From the NCBI GenBank assembly GCA_965644295.1, contig CBFFRP010000425.1, forward strand, positions 62,001-126,000: a stretch of 64,000 bases of DNA, given 5' to 3'. Below the pieces are notes generated by a model. That model was given only the letters and a program-made list of their open reading frames with translations, made no database searches and was not told where the DNA came from. The translations under genes and the position numbers were made by a program. The stretch comes from Paraphysomonas bandaiensis (Eukaryota; Protista; Chrysophyceae). Positions 25,915 to 47,098 of the stretch are shown one piece after another; the stretch's first letter is position 1; the number at the start of each line of letters is the position of its first letter.

Positions 25915-27710
25915 CAGTCAGTTCTCGATATCGTCAATGGATTGTACCATAGGGTTACAATTTCCAATAACGGACATTTTTACCATAAAAAAACCGGGTT
26001 TTATTTTTAAAAAAACCAGGTTTATTTATAAAAAGCCAGTTTTTGTTTAAAAATTCAGATATTTTGCATAAAACTCAGTTTTTGGATATTAAAACCACGG
26101 TTTTATACTAAAAAACCCTAAGTCTATGGTAAAAATTCTATATATCACAATTGAATTTAGCAGGATACTGTGTTTAAGGCTGAAAAACTTTCTATTACGG
26201 CACTACAGATTAATTATGTGGAAAGCCTTGTTATTACATGATAAAAATGCGTTGTCTTAACGACACAGGACAGCTGTATAACATAGTTACTACATAACGC
26301 TGCTATGTAGAATTAGATCTCTGCACCGAGTAAAAGTGCTGTATTGTTCGTTGTGACGAAGACCTTTTGCGCTTCTCTAAGTAACGTTTAGTAACTTCAG
26401 AAGCGGCCTTAACAAACGTGTGGTGCAAAGCATCAGCATCCTCATCACTACTTCCCATAGTAAAGTCATATACAACACGCATGGCATCATTGAATTGATT
26501 CAAAGTTACCTTAGATGAAGTTGCAGGGTCAATATTTGTATCAGTTTGACAATGATCATCCACCATCGGTATTTGCGGAGAAATAGAAAAAGATTCGAAT
26601 CGCTCCATGGCTTCCTCAATTTCAGTTTCGACAACCAATGGATCATTTTCCACATTACACCATAATTCCACTGCGCTTGCTCGCTGTTCGGAAGTAAATG
26701 AACTCATCTCAGTAATTCCTGAAACTATATCAGGCACAGCGGAAAGCTCCCTAACTTTGATACACAGAGTTGACATTAGGTTGCACATTGAAGCGAGATC
26801 GTCGTCAGATATCTTATATATATTTCTATCCGCTGAGCCATATTCAGTAATCAGTTGCTGCTGCATTGGTAGTGGCAAACAATTCGCTTTACGCCAGCAT
26901 CTTCCAATTGCTAAGTTACTGCAATACCGTTCACCTTTCCATACATCATCCAGTATATTCATACAGTCAAGGATATGTGGAATTAAACCATACATGATTC
27001 CTTTGCAACCTCTCCGCGCTGTTGGTATGGCCAATTTAACACTTTCATATTGCTCGACATCATCAAAAACAGAAAGCAGTTTGTGCAAGAGACTGTATTT
27101 ATATCCTACTTTTATGGAAGCGATTATTCCCATGTCCATTGGCTGATGACGCGAAGTCAGCCTTGGCGGGAAACACACTAATTTATTGTACGAAGGGTAC
27201 AACTGTTCGTCAATGCCGACATGTGACGAGCAGTTGTCAAGCAATATAATACACTTAAGTGATCCAAATCGTCGTCTGTACCAAGGATCAAATACCGAAT
27301 TGATCCACCATATAGTAATATTTCTATTCTTTCCATATAGTATAGTATAGTTTATATTCTTTCACGAAGTTACATTTCTGCACATCCGAGAAAGTACTCA
27401 AAGATTTCTTGCGCTTGGTACCGATGCTGCATTCAACTGACATCGTTACGTACAACAATGTGAGTATATATTACGAATGTGTTCATGATACTCTCTCTGT
27501 TGCATACTCTCTGCACATACAGGCAGCAGTATATTGCTAACTTCTATAATCACTTTTACAAAAGTCACGCAAAATAGGGGATTTTTATTAAAAAACTGTA
27601 GTTTTATATAAAATCGGGGGTTTTATCTTAAAAACCCTGTACCAAGCCTATTTCATTTCCCATAACGGACATTTTTACCATACCTCATTGACGATATCGA
27701 GAACTGACTG
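25915..27710 (-). mobile_element. pogo/Tigger-type DNA transposon, internally deleted (1796 bp)
   Basis: Perfect 25-bp TIRs cagtcagttctcgatatcgtcaatg (25915-25939 and 27686-27710), TA on both flanks, and an internal transposase remnant. Confidence 0.93.
26303..27443 (-). pseudogene. Truncated DDE_1 (pogo-like, D-33-D) transposase
   Basis: LLDNCSSH...FPPRLTSRHQPMDMGIIASIKVGYK. A short N-terminal piece (ATG 27443, MSVECSIGTKRKK) is joined out of frame near 27320-27350. HTH region and first catalytic Asp are missing. Confidence 0.85.
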
Positions 27711-27897
27711 TACACATACGACGACTTGATCAGCTGCTGCTGGTGAGTATCACATGGGGTCATGTGAGTATGATACGTATATATATGAGGGAGGGGGCAG
27801 ATACTCTTACTGTACTGGTATATTCACAGGGTTGCCTCACTAACAAGCCATCACCAACACATACCTCTACCTATAATTTGTTAACTATTATCCACCT

Positions 27898-28435
27898 ATG
27901 ATCCGTACACTTCTTTACTCTATTATCGTAGGGTCTGCCTTGTCCGTCAAGTGCCCTGCATCTGACTCGATGGTTCATGCGGGATGTGAGATGGAAGTAC
28001 AGTTTGATAACACTTGCAGTGATGTTCAAAACGAAATACTGGCAAGGTATTATGTGTATTCTGTATTGTTATCCGCACCATGAGTTTATTTCTTTTAGAA
28101 TTAATGGTCAATACTCGTCATGGCATGACCCTCATAATAACGGCACCTATACACTGCAGTCACAAACTGATCAGCAGTTCGAAATGAGTCGCCTTACTGG
28201 AGACGAGAAATATACTGACAAAATTATATTTACATTTGAAGATTCTGGAAGTGGATGTTCTGTTGGTGCTTGTTCTGAGAGCCAAGTGTTTTCCATTGGG
28301 GATTTTTCCACGAACTACTGCAACATGCACGACCTCTATTGCTCTGATGAGGGTTGCCACCCATTTAACAAACTCGCTTACTCGGAATCGGTTGGTAAGT
28401 GCACATCCCACGACGACGTATGCTTGACTGTCTAA
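27898..28435 (+). CDS. Small secreted cysteine-rich protein, unknown function, 2 exons
   Basis: Signal-like MIRTLLYSIIVGSALS. An intron at ~28047-28098 joins ORF 27898 to the frame of ORF 27977-28435 (INGQYSSWHDPHNNG...NYCNMHDLYC). Confidence 0.7.
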
Positions 28436-28960
28436 GCATACTACTGTTCGTTGCCGACGGATGCATTTCTCAAAGAAATTTCATTGATATATTATTCATA
28501 TCATTGCTACTAAGCTTACGGTCCAATTAATAATAACTGATTCACCGGAGTTTATACGCAATATTCTTCTATATATAGTCAAATGGATTGTATGTGTATT
28601 ACCAATGACGTTAGCCAGCAAGGTAGTAGTTGTAAGTAGAAATGAGTAATGGTGAATGTCTTATTATAAGCATTGCTTAGGCGTTGACGAGTACACATAT
28701 CCTACCTATTCACGTTCTCCGCTGATAGACAGCTCCACAGTTAATCCATACATTCTTAATTGTGTTAATATACAAGAAATACAAATAGATTGTTATAAAA
28801 AAAACTGTACACAAAACATGCTAATTACTTCATACTTCATATAGCACAGAAAAGTAAAAATACTAGGAAAGTAAAACAAGAATCAGCGCAACCATGTGAG
28901 CAACACGGAATTTTCACTCCAAACTTGAGATAAACTCTACACGCAAAGACAGCGTTAATG

Positions 28961-30245
28961 TCACGATGCCACACTATAAGTAGTATACTTACGCTGTAAA
29001 CGCGTTGTTAGCCACGGTGAGAGCTCCTCCATATTATTTAGGTCCCTCTTGTTGCGGGTATAATGTCTCGACCAATGTGCCTCAGAACACACAGTTGGAG
29101 AAGGTATACCGTTCCCATTCTCGCTGCACCCATTCTTTATTAGCGCGGAGTCATACACCAGCAATAAGCCAGTATTATGCACTAGTCGACATTGTGCGGT
29201 CGCTTCACGAGGGTTACCCAGTGGCCATTGGAGATAGCGAATCCCATCTAGAGTCAACTCAATGGGTATATGAGTATGACCAAACTAGAAATATTTCAGG
29301 TTAAAAGAGTATATATGACAGAATAAATATGCTTACAATATGCAAGTCTGGTTGAAGTTGACGGATCTGCTTCTCCAACGGATCGCTGCCGATAACTTTG
29401 GCGAGCAAAGGTTCAAGCAAGTATTTCTTTTCAGGCATCAATTCTTGTCTTGGAACAAAGTGGCTGAAAGAGATTATCGTGCCCTGAGAACGCATTTTAT
29501 GCGGAGGTAAGAATCTTCTATTTAGTGCACCAAACTGCGAAGCAAGCGATAAGTCTTCGACCTTAGTAGATGGGTTTACAGAAGCAACTCCGGGCCATGA
29601 GCACTGCCGGAAATCCATCCAAGACGCGTCAAAAGTAGCCCCTGATCGACGACGTAACTCTTCGGCCCTTACATACAAAGGATGGGAAATCTCAGGTTCA
29701 GTGTCCCACCCGGAGTGATACCAAGATTGTAATGGAAACACACATACAGGGTCCCCTTTATCTGGTGATATAGTTAGAGGGCCCGTGGTCACCCCACAAT
29801 CGAGTGCACATTCCAGGACCTCGCGTAGCTTCGCAACGCTATCCGGCGCTTTAGTCATTGGGTTACTACGGTATCTTTCCGACCCTCGCATCCATAAATC
29901 GTGGTTACCAGGAACATAGCACACCTCATCGAAACTAGACTTCAGGAGTAATAATGTGTCTCTGATTTTAGAGATATCATGAGAAATATCTCCTGCGCAA
30001 ACGAACACACGAAAAGTTTCAGGATCGCCACATTCCTGTGTACAATTCCGCTTTAGCCACTCAAAGCATGGTTTGTGATCAGCATGAAGGTCACTGAGGG
30101 AATATATTTGAACCCTTCAGCAAATAATATTAGGGTTATGTCTGATTACTACACACAGCGGTCACCTCTTATCTCCACAGCTCACTTCACGATCATGCAG
30201 TAAATCATCTACATCAAACACGCTTGAATGTATGTAATCATTCAT
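28961..30245 (-). CDS. Calcineurin-like metallophosphoesterase, spliced
   Basis: Motifs SDLHAD, AGDISH, PGNHDLW, FSHFVP, FGHTH in order across exons. Confidence 0.85.
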
Positions 30246-30527
30246 TGTCCTCAATTAACTTTTTCTGGTGTCAATTGAATAACAATACTGACTATGTATA
30301 GTAATCACCACCACTGACAGTGTATGGGTGATGTATACGTACAGATGCCCATGGTGTTATATATGTTAACCACACCTCACTCTAGAGCCCGCTACACACT
30401 ACCTTATTAACAACACAAGATGCTATTATTAAGTTAACTCCAATGGGGTTATATGGAGGGGGAATGAACCCAGGATGGAATGGTTTTAAAATGAAAGTGC
30501 TGAAGTACGCACACTGCTGTACGAACT

Positions 30528-30804
30528 ATGTATGTATGTGTGTATGTATGTATGTATGTATGTAGGTAGGTAGGTAGGTAGGTAGGTATGTATGTATGTA
30601 TGTATGTATGTATGTATGTATGTATGTATGTATGTATGTATGTATGTATGTATGTATGTACGTATGTACAGTGTATAGGTAGGTAGGTAGGTAGGTAGGT
30701 ATGTATGTATGTATGTAGGTAGGTATGTATGTATGTATGTATGTATGTATGTATGTATGTATGTATGTAGGTAGGTAGGTAGGTAGGTAGGTAGGTAGGT
30801 ATGC

Positions 30805-30837
<33 letters not shown>

Positions 30838-30960
30838 TGTATGTATGTATGTATGTATGTATGTATGTATGTATGTATGTATGTATGTATGTATGTATGT
30901 ATGTATGTATGTATGTAGGTAGGTAGGTAGGTAGGTAGGTAGGTAGGTAGGTAGGTATGC

Positions 30961-30993
<33 letters not shown>

Positions 30994-31055
30994 TGTATGT
31001 ATGTATGTATGTATGTATGTATGTACGTATGTACAGTGTATAGGTAGGTAGGTAC
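30528..31055. repeat. Compound (TATG)n/(TAGG)n microsatellite
   Basis: Direct reading. Interruptions tacgtatgtacagtgtatagg and ggtatgcatatatg each occur twice, indicating block duplication. Confidence 0.97.
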
Positions 31056-31178
31056 TTTGTATCATATGCTGTCGGATCTGTCCACTCAAAACATGTGAAT
31101 CTTTCACTCAGATAAGACACAGTTACCAGTTCATGTCACTCATTATACATACAGTGTAACTATCATCAATAGAACATA

Positions 31179-32500
31179 ATGCCGTATATACGACACACTG
31201 CTATTCGCTCTCGCGTCTATTCGCAGATTAGAAGGCACATTCAGACCGCTCAGTCAGACAGTCCAGTGGGAGGAGGATACATGCAAACAGGATGGCGTAA
31301 ACGAGCATCTCAGCCTAAAGTTTTAGTCACTGGTGCAGCCGGACAAGTTGGATTAGAGATAGTTCCTTAGTATGTATTATACGGTGTGGTTTTGATGATG
31401 TTTATGGGGTTTTATGATAGTCTGCGTCGGCATTACGGAGACGAAAACGTCATTGCTTCAGATGTAAGAAGCCCTCCTGCTGTAGTACTGGATAACGGTC
31501 CATTTCAATATATTGATGTTTTGGAGAGTACTCAGCTTTCTCGACTAATAGTTGAAGAAAATGTTGGCACAGTTGTACATCTTGCAGCGATTCTGAGTGC
31601 CACCGGCGAAAAGTATCCAGAGCTAGCCCTCAAAATCAATAATATGGGCACGCAAAATGTGTTGGAAATAGCTAGACATAACAAAATGAAAGTATTTTGT
31701 CCCTCTACAATCGCAGTCTTTGGCCCATCCACCCCTCGCGATAATACACCAGTAGACTGTATCATGCGCCCGACCACTATGTATGGCGTAACCAAAGTAT
31801 ACGCAGAGCTCCTTGGCGAGTATTATCACAACAAATACGGTGTAGATTACCGTGCGCTTCGATATCCAGGAGTTATTGGATGTGGCGCTCCAGGAGGAGG
31901 TAATATAAATCCTTTGTTATAACTATTCTAGTTACGTGTTGTGCAAAGGAACCACTGATTATGCAGTGGAGATCTACTATGAAGCCCTTAGAAATGGCGC
32001 ATACACATGCTTTTTATCTGAAGATACTGCTCTTCCTATGATGTATATGCCGGATCTTTTAAAGGGTACGCTTGGTAAGTTTCATTTCTTGGTAAACTCT
32101 ATAGAAGTTAACGTTGTGACCGCTACATATAGGAATGATCACCGCAGATAACTCTCGCCTCAAACGGCGAGTATACAATCTGAGCTCGATGAGCTTTACT
32201 CCTGCGCAGTTAGCAACTTCAATAAGACGTCGTCTTCCTCATTTCCAGATGGTGTGTAAACCGGATTTTAGACAATCTATTGCCGACACATGGCCCAGGT
32301 AAAGGAACTATGCAAAATGTCCCTATCGATTCATAACACAGTTGTCTACTGTATATTTGTTTAGGTCGCTCGACTCTTCGGAATCTGAAAGAGATTGGGA
32401 CTGGAAACCGGATTATGGCTTAGACAAGATGACAGATGAAATACTGGAACATTTGATTGAAACCAACAAAGAGTTTCAAGGAGTGAAGCTATTAAATTAG
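31179..32500 (+). CDS. TDH: L-threonine 3-dehydrogenase (extended SDR, mitochondrial type), multi-exon
   Basis: Arg-rich presequence; [67 protein letters not shown]. Confidence 0.92.
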
Positions 32501-33822
32501 ACACGGAGATTATTACAATGCGCACTACCTCTCTCCATTTTCAAGTGATGCCGTTGCTTTTAATGAATTGTTACCAAAATGTATAAATATTTAATACAAT
32601 ATATTATATTACTGACATGACTGCTTTTAAATAGTTTTTAAAACTGAAGTCAATTTGCACAAGGTATATTAAAGTCATTTTGCATTCTGTGAATACTTTC
32701 GCAATACACTCTAGTAGGTATTAACTCCATTAATGACTATATTAACTGGTTAATAAATAGTGTGGTTTCATCTTAATTACTAACTAGTAGTGAATGTCTT
32801 AGTATAAACTTGTCTTATTAATATTTTAAAGACCAATAATAATTATATTTTAAAGACCAATATAATTATTAAATAATATGTTGCAATATATTGCAATGGA
32901 ACTCAGGTTGGGACCTGAGAGCCAAACTCTAAAGTAAACAAAAACTTGTTCTAAGAGAGAAAACGTTTCTTATTGTCCGAACTGTATAGAAGCCGTAGAC
33001 ACATCCATCTGACTTCTGCAAAAGCACGCATACACTGTGTACGTACTATAGGTGGTTGAATATAGGCCACTGGTTGAATATAGAACCATGTGCCATATAT
33101 ACCATATACTAGGGTAAAAATATAATATATATTATGTAGTAAGGTCACGACCTATTATTATGTAGTTTGATTATTATTCTGGACACTTCACTACATATTC
33201 GTGTAACATATGTTGAAACATCTGTTCTTATAGCAACATCTGTTTATCATATGTTCTTCAGTCAGTTCTATATCTTGTATAGTCACACATCAGTAACTGA
33301 ATTTAATTCCTTTGTAACTATAATCACCCGTTACACCTATGAGTTGACATTACCTATTGCACACTGTTAACTCACTTCAATTGCACAATATATATCACAT
33401 CATATTGCAGAACTCAACACTGCTTGTGCTTCACCGCTGGCACGGTTGTGCTTGTAATGCAAAGTACAAAGTATGCACATTAAAAGCCATTAATGGGTGC
33501 CCAGTCCCCGGTTTTTGTAATGGAATTACCATTATTAATTTCCAGGCCGTCTTTGAGAAACATACGTATTCCAACACTATGCTGTTGTAAGATATTTACA
33601 ACATCAGCTCCATAGGATGACACAAAAATACATAGGGAATTGGGTAGATATTTCATTAAGTCATTAACCTACAGCAGACACATTTTTATTGCGCGAATGT
33701 GTAGAGGTAGAGCAAGGAATAGATTCAAGTATTAAGCGTATTACACTACTTACTTAAGAGGTAAAAATCAACAACTTAAATAATTAGAAGCTATGATTAC
33801 TCAGGAGAATAAACTTGTCATA

Positions 33823-35278
33823 CTATGCACCACTTCCATTCGACGATCCGCCCTCAGCAGCAGAAATCAAAGACGACAACACATCCTTTTCCGCAAGAAC
33901 TTGAATAAGTTTAGATATGAAAGGGAGGTAGTTGTGTTTGCGTCGAACATTTTCTTTGTGCTGTCGTTCTCTTTTGCTCTCTTCGTCGGCCAGGTCCTCA
34001 CGAGTATTACATATACTGTCATTGGTCTATCCAAGCAGAAAAAAACAGAGTCAAATAAAAAATGACTGAAACGATAAATACGCACGATCCATATGTAAGG
34101 ACAAACAATTGAAAGGGTATACGCAATATACTCACTACACTACCGTATTATCCTCACCTCATCGATCTGCCTAGATACCGCTTCCCGATCAGAACCCACC
34201 ATGTAGCCCTCTTCCAAAACGGCACCAAAGCCCTCGTTGTTGTGCAAAACCTGCTGAAGCATTTCAATTCGTCGCTGCAGGGTAGCCAAAGTCGCCTGAA
34301 AATGTAAACATACTGTTACATAAGAAACGGCCAGCCTATGTCTGCAACTCATGCTTCAGATTTTTACTTATCTACCTCTAGAATAGTGCTTCTCTTAGGA
34401 TTTAGAGATAATAGAGCAAAGTGAGTTTCTGTTTGAGAGTAGCGAGCCATACGGGATTCGATTGCTGGCCGAGCGACATCCAGCCAAGATACACCATCAA
34501 TTTCGCCTGAACGAAAGGTATATTATATTTTCGAAAAGGACGTACACAACCATATCAGAGAAGGTAAAATCATATAAATATCACTGACCTAATTTAATTG
34601 GACCAGCTTTCAGCCCATCAATTTCATAAACACTCCCTTGGAAAGGAACAAACGCAATGAAATGGTATGCGTCCCCTTTTCCCGAATGACTCTTTGAGTC
34701 CTCCATTTCAAACGGTTCTGATCGAGCGAACGAATTATGCGATTCCCGAATCATATCACTGTTACTGATTGCTAATCCCTTGCATTCAGAATCAAGTGAC
34801 AATGCGAATTGTTTGAATTCCTGCAATTTAGTCCCAATGGACACTTCTTCTGCATTCAATAGCACAGACAATATGGCCTGCGTAGCGCATGCATTCGAAA
34901 TCACCTGCAACAGAAATCAATAACGACTATGAATTATAACTACACCAACGCATTGTAATATCAACAGTCCTCTAATGACTGTAACCCCACTAACATGAAT
35001 AAGTCACCTGATTAGCAAAAAACAGTTGAGGGATGTATTCAGGAGGAATCACTGGCCTGTCATCCGTTTCTTTCCTCCACTTGAATAGAAATATTAATCC
35101 ATAGGACTTCTCAATCGACTGATCTAAGGAGTATATCTCATCCACTTGAACATCTTGTACTCCAAAATTCGATATGAGTTCAGTGAATACCTGCGATGCA
35201 AGTGATGTGTGTACTGCACGAGATGTACGCACACGTTACCCCGGGATCAGACTCTATCGTGCACCAATTATCAGACAT
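33823..35278 (-). CDS. UCHL5: Ubiquitin C-terminal hydrolase UCH37/UCHL5 (peptidase C12), multi-exon
   Basis: MSDNWCTIESDPG|VFTELI, YGLIFLFKW, QVISNACATQAILS, AYHFIAFVP, YEIDGLK, C-terminal ENVRRKHNYLPF. Confidence 0.92.
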
Positions 35279-35723
35279 TTCAAATGGAGATTCAAGTAGA
35301 TTAACTGTGAAGGGGTGGCAGATAGTGGTGTGCTATGGTGTTATGGGAGGAAGTTGAGTTCTATGCAGCACTCCATACACTCTGCTCGTACCTCTATACA
35401 CAGTGCAGTATACACGACACAGCAGTACATGGAGACAGTGAGGAATACATTCATAGAACTTTTCCTCGTCTCTTCTCTACGATGTACATACAGTACATGT
35501 GGATATATATATACAGTATATATACAGATATCGGAAAATCCGGTATATCCAGGAGAGAAAACTTAAAAGTATGTCAAAATACAGTTTTTTTGTAAAAATA
35601 TATACAGAGGCAGCTGTGGAGTATGTGCATGTACATGTATATGGTATACAGCATAGAGCTGCTCTGGGTGTGTATGTATACACAGCGACTCGCTTCTCAT
35701 TATTTTCAATTGAATTAAACACC

Positions 35724-37095
35724 ATGAAATTAAGTTCTCTTTCCTCTGTGCTGTTAGCTATCTCTCATGTATGGGGACAAGAGTGGTCGATAGTTCCTGA
35801 CAGCACAGCCACTACTCTAGTGGGTGTCGGCGTATCCAGCAATACTCTCGCTGTAGGAGCTGCAGGTCCCTGTATACATACACACACCGTTAGCATGTTA
35901 GTAACTCGTGTTTTATTACAGCTCAGAATGGAGTGGGTGCGTATTTCGATAGATACGATAGCGGTGTATGGTATAAGGATCAGGTGCCCGGGGGACTCTT
36001 AATGGACTCGGCTATATCGGAGTCAGTCATTGTCGGTGCATCCATGATGCCCATTATCATATCTACAGATGGAGGAAAGACTTATACTACTGCTGAGAAT
36101 ATTGGTGGGGTTTGCCAGTCTACGACAGTGTTTGGTCCAGATGGCAAAGACATTGGTCTCGTTGGCTATTTCCACCAAACTCCGGGTTCACCCTACGTCT
36201 ATGGTGTAGCACATTCACCTGACGCTGGACAGTCATGGGAAGTATTTGAAGTTCCGGTTGGCATGACTCGTTATGGGTCCTTTCCCAGTCAGGTGCGACA
36301 TTTTTATGTGCGACTTACTCCCTGTAGCCATGACCATATATTAAAACTTTTAATACTAATTCGGCCTATATAATATTACATTATACAGAATACTTGGTAT
36401 GTTACAAGTGGAACATGGGGTGACAGTTTAACCTCGCAATTGAAAAACACTACATCGCACTCCCTCAACAGCAATCTTCGTGTTTCCAGTAATGGAATAA
36501 ACATTGAATTGTTCAATGGACAGGCATCGGGATACTGGGGAGCGATCTCAAAAACAACTGACGGGGGGGAAACCTGGGAAACAGTATTTACCAGCGAAGC
36601 ATCTGATGCCTACTACTTCAATGCAATCGATTGCTCCTCTGAGTTGCACTGCGTTGCTGTCACTGAGGGACAAACTGTTGATGACTTCCATGCATTCGTC
36701 ACCTTCGATGGTGGAGCAACTTGGACAGGTTGGGATCGATGCATATGTAATTTATTGTATAAACCTTTCGCACAGATTCTCTTGTGGAATCTCCTATTCC
36801 GTCTAATACGGTTAGCTTTACATCTGCTGCATGGAAAGACGACATGGAGGGCTGGGTAGCTGGGGCAGTGCAGAATGGGCGCTCTTTGTCAGGACTTTTC
36901 ATGAAAACTTCTGACGGAGGAAAAACTTTTTCTGTCGAGCAGGTGAGTGACAGAGAATTGTGTAATCTTTGTCTGATTCATTTATAGAATCTTGAAAACT
37001 GTCTTGTAATGGACATGGATTTTGGTGATGATCTCGGCGTAGCAGCATGTGTATCGTCGACAGGGTCATCATGTTCAATGGCATGGTACAAGTAG
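35724..37095 (+). CDS. Secreted BNR/Asp-box repeat beta-propeller protein, multi-exon
   Basis: Signal peptide MKLSSLSSVLLAISHVWG; Asp-boxes STDGGKTY, SPDAGQSW, TTDGGETW, TFDGGATW, TSDGGKTF. Confidence 0.8.
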
Positions 37096-38774
37096 TTGCC
37101 AATCAGACTGAAGACTTTAGATATAATGCGTATTGAGTTTGTTCTGATTTGTGGTATACTAATATTTCGTGTGTTGGATATTGTCAGCTAGCGTCAGAGT
37201 ATCTGTACAATTACAATATAAAATATTTCGGTCGTAGTATGAACGCCATTTGAAATTCATTGCACCTTGTAAAGCTATTTACTATAGCAATATTCGTATA
37301 GATTATAGATGCGCTAGACAGAGAGCTATGCACCAACAAAACTTGTGAGGATGAATTTTAAGCACCACAACAGTCGATACATTTGAAAGTGAGAATACAG
37401 AAACTTTGTGAATTTATATGCAGTGTTGTGAGCATACCAGGCTTACGTAACAATTAATAGCAACTTGATAAATATATCCCGAACTATCGTAATAAGGTAT
37501 TTGGAGAAGATGGACGAATACATCGCAAATATCATTAAGGAAATGCTACCTAGCATATTAGGTTGAGTAGCCGATGTATAGAGTTGTGCTGTTGTACTAT
37601 TTTATTGAGTTTGCTCGGTTTGGACGGATACAAATGTTATATAGTATATAGTCCAAACGTCTTACATTGATCTTACACACTTACACTTAATGGAACTTGG
37701 CCCCAATTATGTTTAATTTATTACAAGTGACAACACTAATTGATCAGTTAAAGCATCAAATTAAATGGAGTTCATAACTAAACTAAGAGGTGTTTGGGTA
37801 GGACTTTGGTCTAAGTTAGAAAGGTTTAACATTGTCTGCAACTTTTGCAATAAGTTAGAGAATAATAGCCAAATAGATTTTTTTACGTGAAAATAGATGA
37901 AGTTGTAGTTCAGAAAATTAAAGTTGTAGTTCTCCTCCATTAACGTGAGTGGCTGTTCCCCGAAGTCGCTTTCCTTCGGTGGCGGCTCTACCGCTACCTC
38001 ACTTTGTTCTTTTACTCCTCTATCCTCCTCGCTCGCTACCATGTTGGAAATTGCTCATTTTAAGCTAGATCACAGAGAGAATTTGTCGTATGATTAGATA
38101 GATTTATTAATAACGTTTACACGAAGTTGTGATGAACAACACTAACTCATTTTGATCCATGCATACTATCCTACATGTGCGAACCTCTCGTTACTGAACA
38201 TATCTTGAAAGATCGAACTATTTCAGTTTCTCAATATCATCACAGCATTTGTACATCACTATATTTCACTGTATTATTGTACATTGTCTTCAAGCGACAT
38301 ACTGAATATACTAGAATCAGATCCCTATTCTAATATAATTGGATACTTGGTTAATAGTAATTAGCCCTTATTACGGTTGGATGCCTCGCACCAATTAATT
38401 ACTAATTACTACGCAATCCTGGTGCTTGTTGCCTACTTACACTGCTTTTTAACGGTGCTGATTTACTACAGATACAGATTATTAATATATAATATATACC
38501 AGTATAATCATTGAGCACGTATAAAGCAATGTATTACGCCGATTCAACTATCACTGATATCTATGGTAGTAGAGTGTAGTCGATTATTGCTTAGACACTA
38601 CGTAACTAAAGTGTAGCAGCCCAATCAAATTTCAGTTAAGTAATAACTGCATGGTTAATAAATTCACCTCGTTCAGTACAATGATGCACCGATAACGACG
38701 TACTTACAACCAAATATCTCATATTCAAAATCAGAATTCATCCGTTTTCCTTTCTACTATGACTACAACTATCA

Positions 38775-46026
<7,252 letters not shown>

Positions 46027-46504
46027 TTAATCACTGCTGGTCATTGCAATGTGCGTGTAATGTGCATATAATAACAACACCATCAAAATGCAGCAGTGTA
46101 TTTCTATATGATGTACAGCAGCTATTATATATGTATATCTACGTAGACACTCAGACTACCTACCTACTACAAGAAGAGTACTGAGAGGTGGTGATGGTAT
46201 GGTGGGTGTGTAGGTGTATATATGGTGATGTTTAAATGAAAAAGAATCAGCAGCTATCGCACAATCAGCAGTATCCTGAAGGGACACCTCGTATTCATTG
46301 CAGTAATTTTTAGGACACAATATAGAATACTGTTTATACGGCACATTATACCGTATATGGAGATGGAGATGGTAGGATTCCTACGTAGAATTCCTATGGG
46401 TTCTGATACACCCAGAGTAGAAGAACATGTCCCTAGATACACTTCACACTTCATACTTCATACTTCATTTGGCTGTACTCGCGTGCATGTTTTGAGTAGT
46501 CTAC

Positions 46505-47098
46505 TTGAAAGATTCGATTGGAGTCATCACATCTCACGACGCCCTCATGCCTGCTATTCAAGATTTGTACGAGGAATACTCCAAAGATGAGAATAAGTTC
46601 TACCAGAACACTGGATGGACACTGAGTCAGTTCAACTCATCGAAGGACAGATTTGTGATAAAAAGACTGAGAGTAGTAGATCAGCGTTATCAGCCATTTG
46701 CAGTCCTGTGCTTCCGGAATAAATACGCCTCTCAAGGTAAAAGCCTATGACTACATCGCTATATCAAGAGCTGTAGGATATGCTACAGCGAAGAAATCAC
46801 ATGGACAGACGTTTATGGACGGTGGACTATTAGCTCTGAAGGATGTCGAGGAGGGTAAGACAGCGAACCCTACCACTCCAAAAACAGTCACGATGCCGGT
46901 GTGTGGAAAATGATGGCAGAGGTAAAAGCGGAAACTCCTGTGACTGAAGTGACGAGATATAAAGGTGGAAATCATGAAGAAGGACGTGGTACAAGTCCCT
47001 ATGATCGCTACGACGCACCCAAACGTACAGTGGCTCCTGTAACAACTGCTGCGAGAGAAAATGGCAGCCATAATACTATTCCCTATAACGACAGGTGA
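46505..47098 (+). pseudogene. Possible degraded coding sequence, unknown family
   Basis: Three short protein-like ORFs (46505-46750, 46698-46913, 46901-47098) with frame changes. No recognised motif; unrecognised splicing is possible. Confidence 0.3.

Noticed and set aside
30449-31120. Long minus-strand ORFs (YIHT/YLPT repeats)
   Set aside because: Translation artefacts of the (TATG)n/(TAGG)n microsatellite.
37761-38042. 93-aa minus-strand ORF with an acidic N-terminus
   Set aside because: No motif, degenerates into AT-rich sequence, and lacks the upstream tract seen at other genes; cannot be supported.
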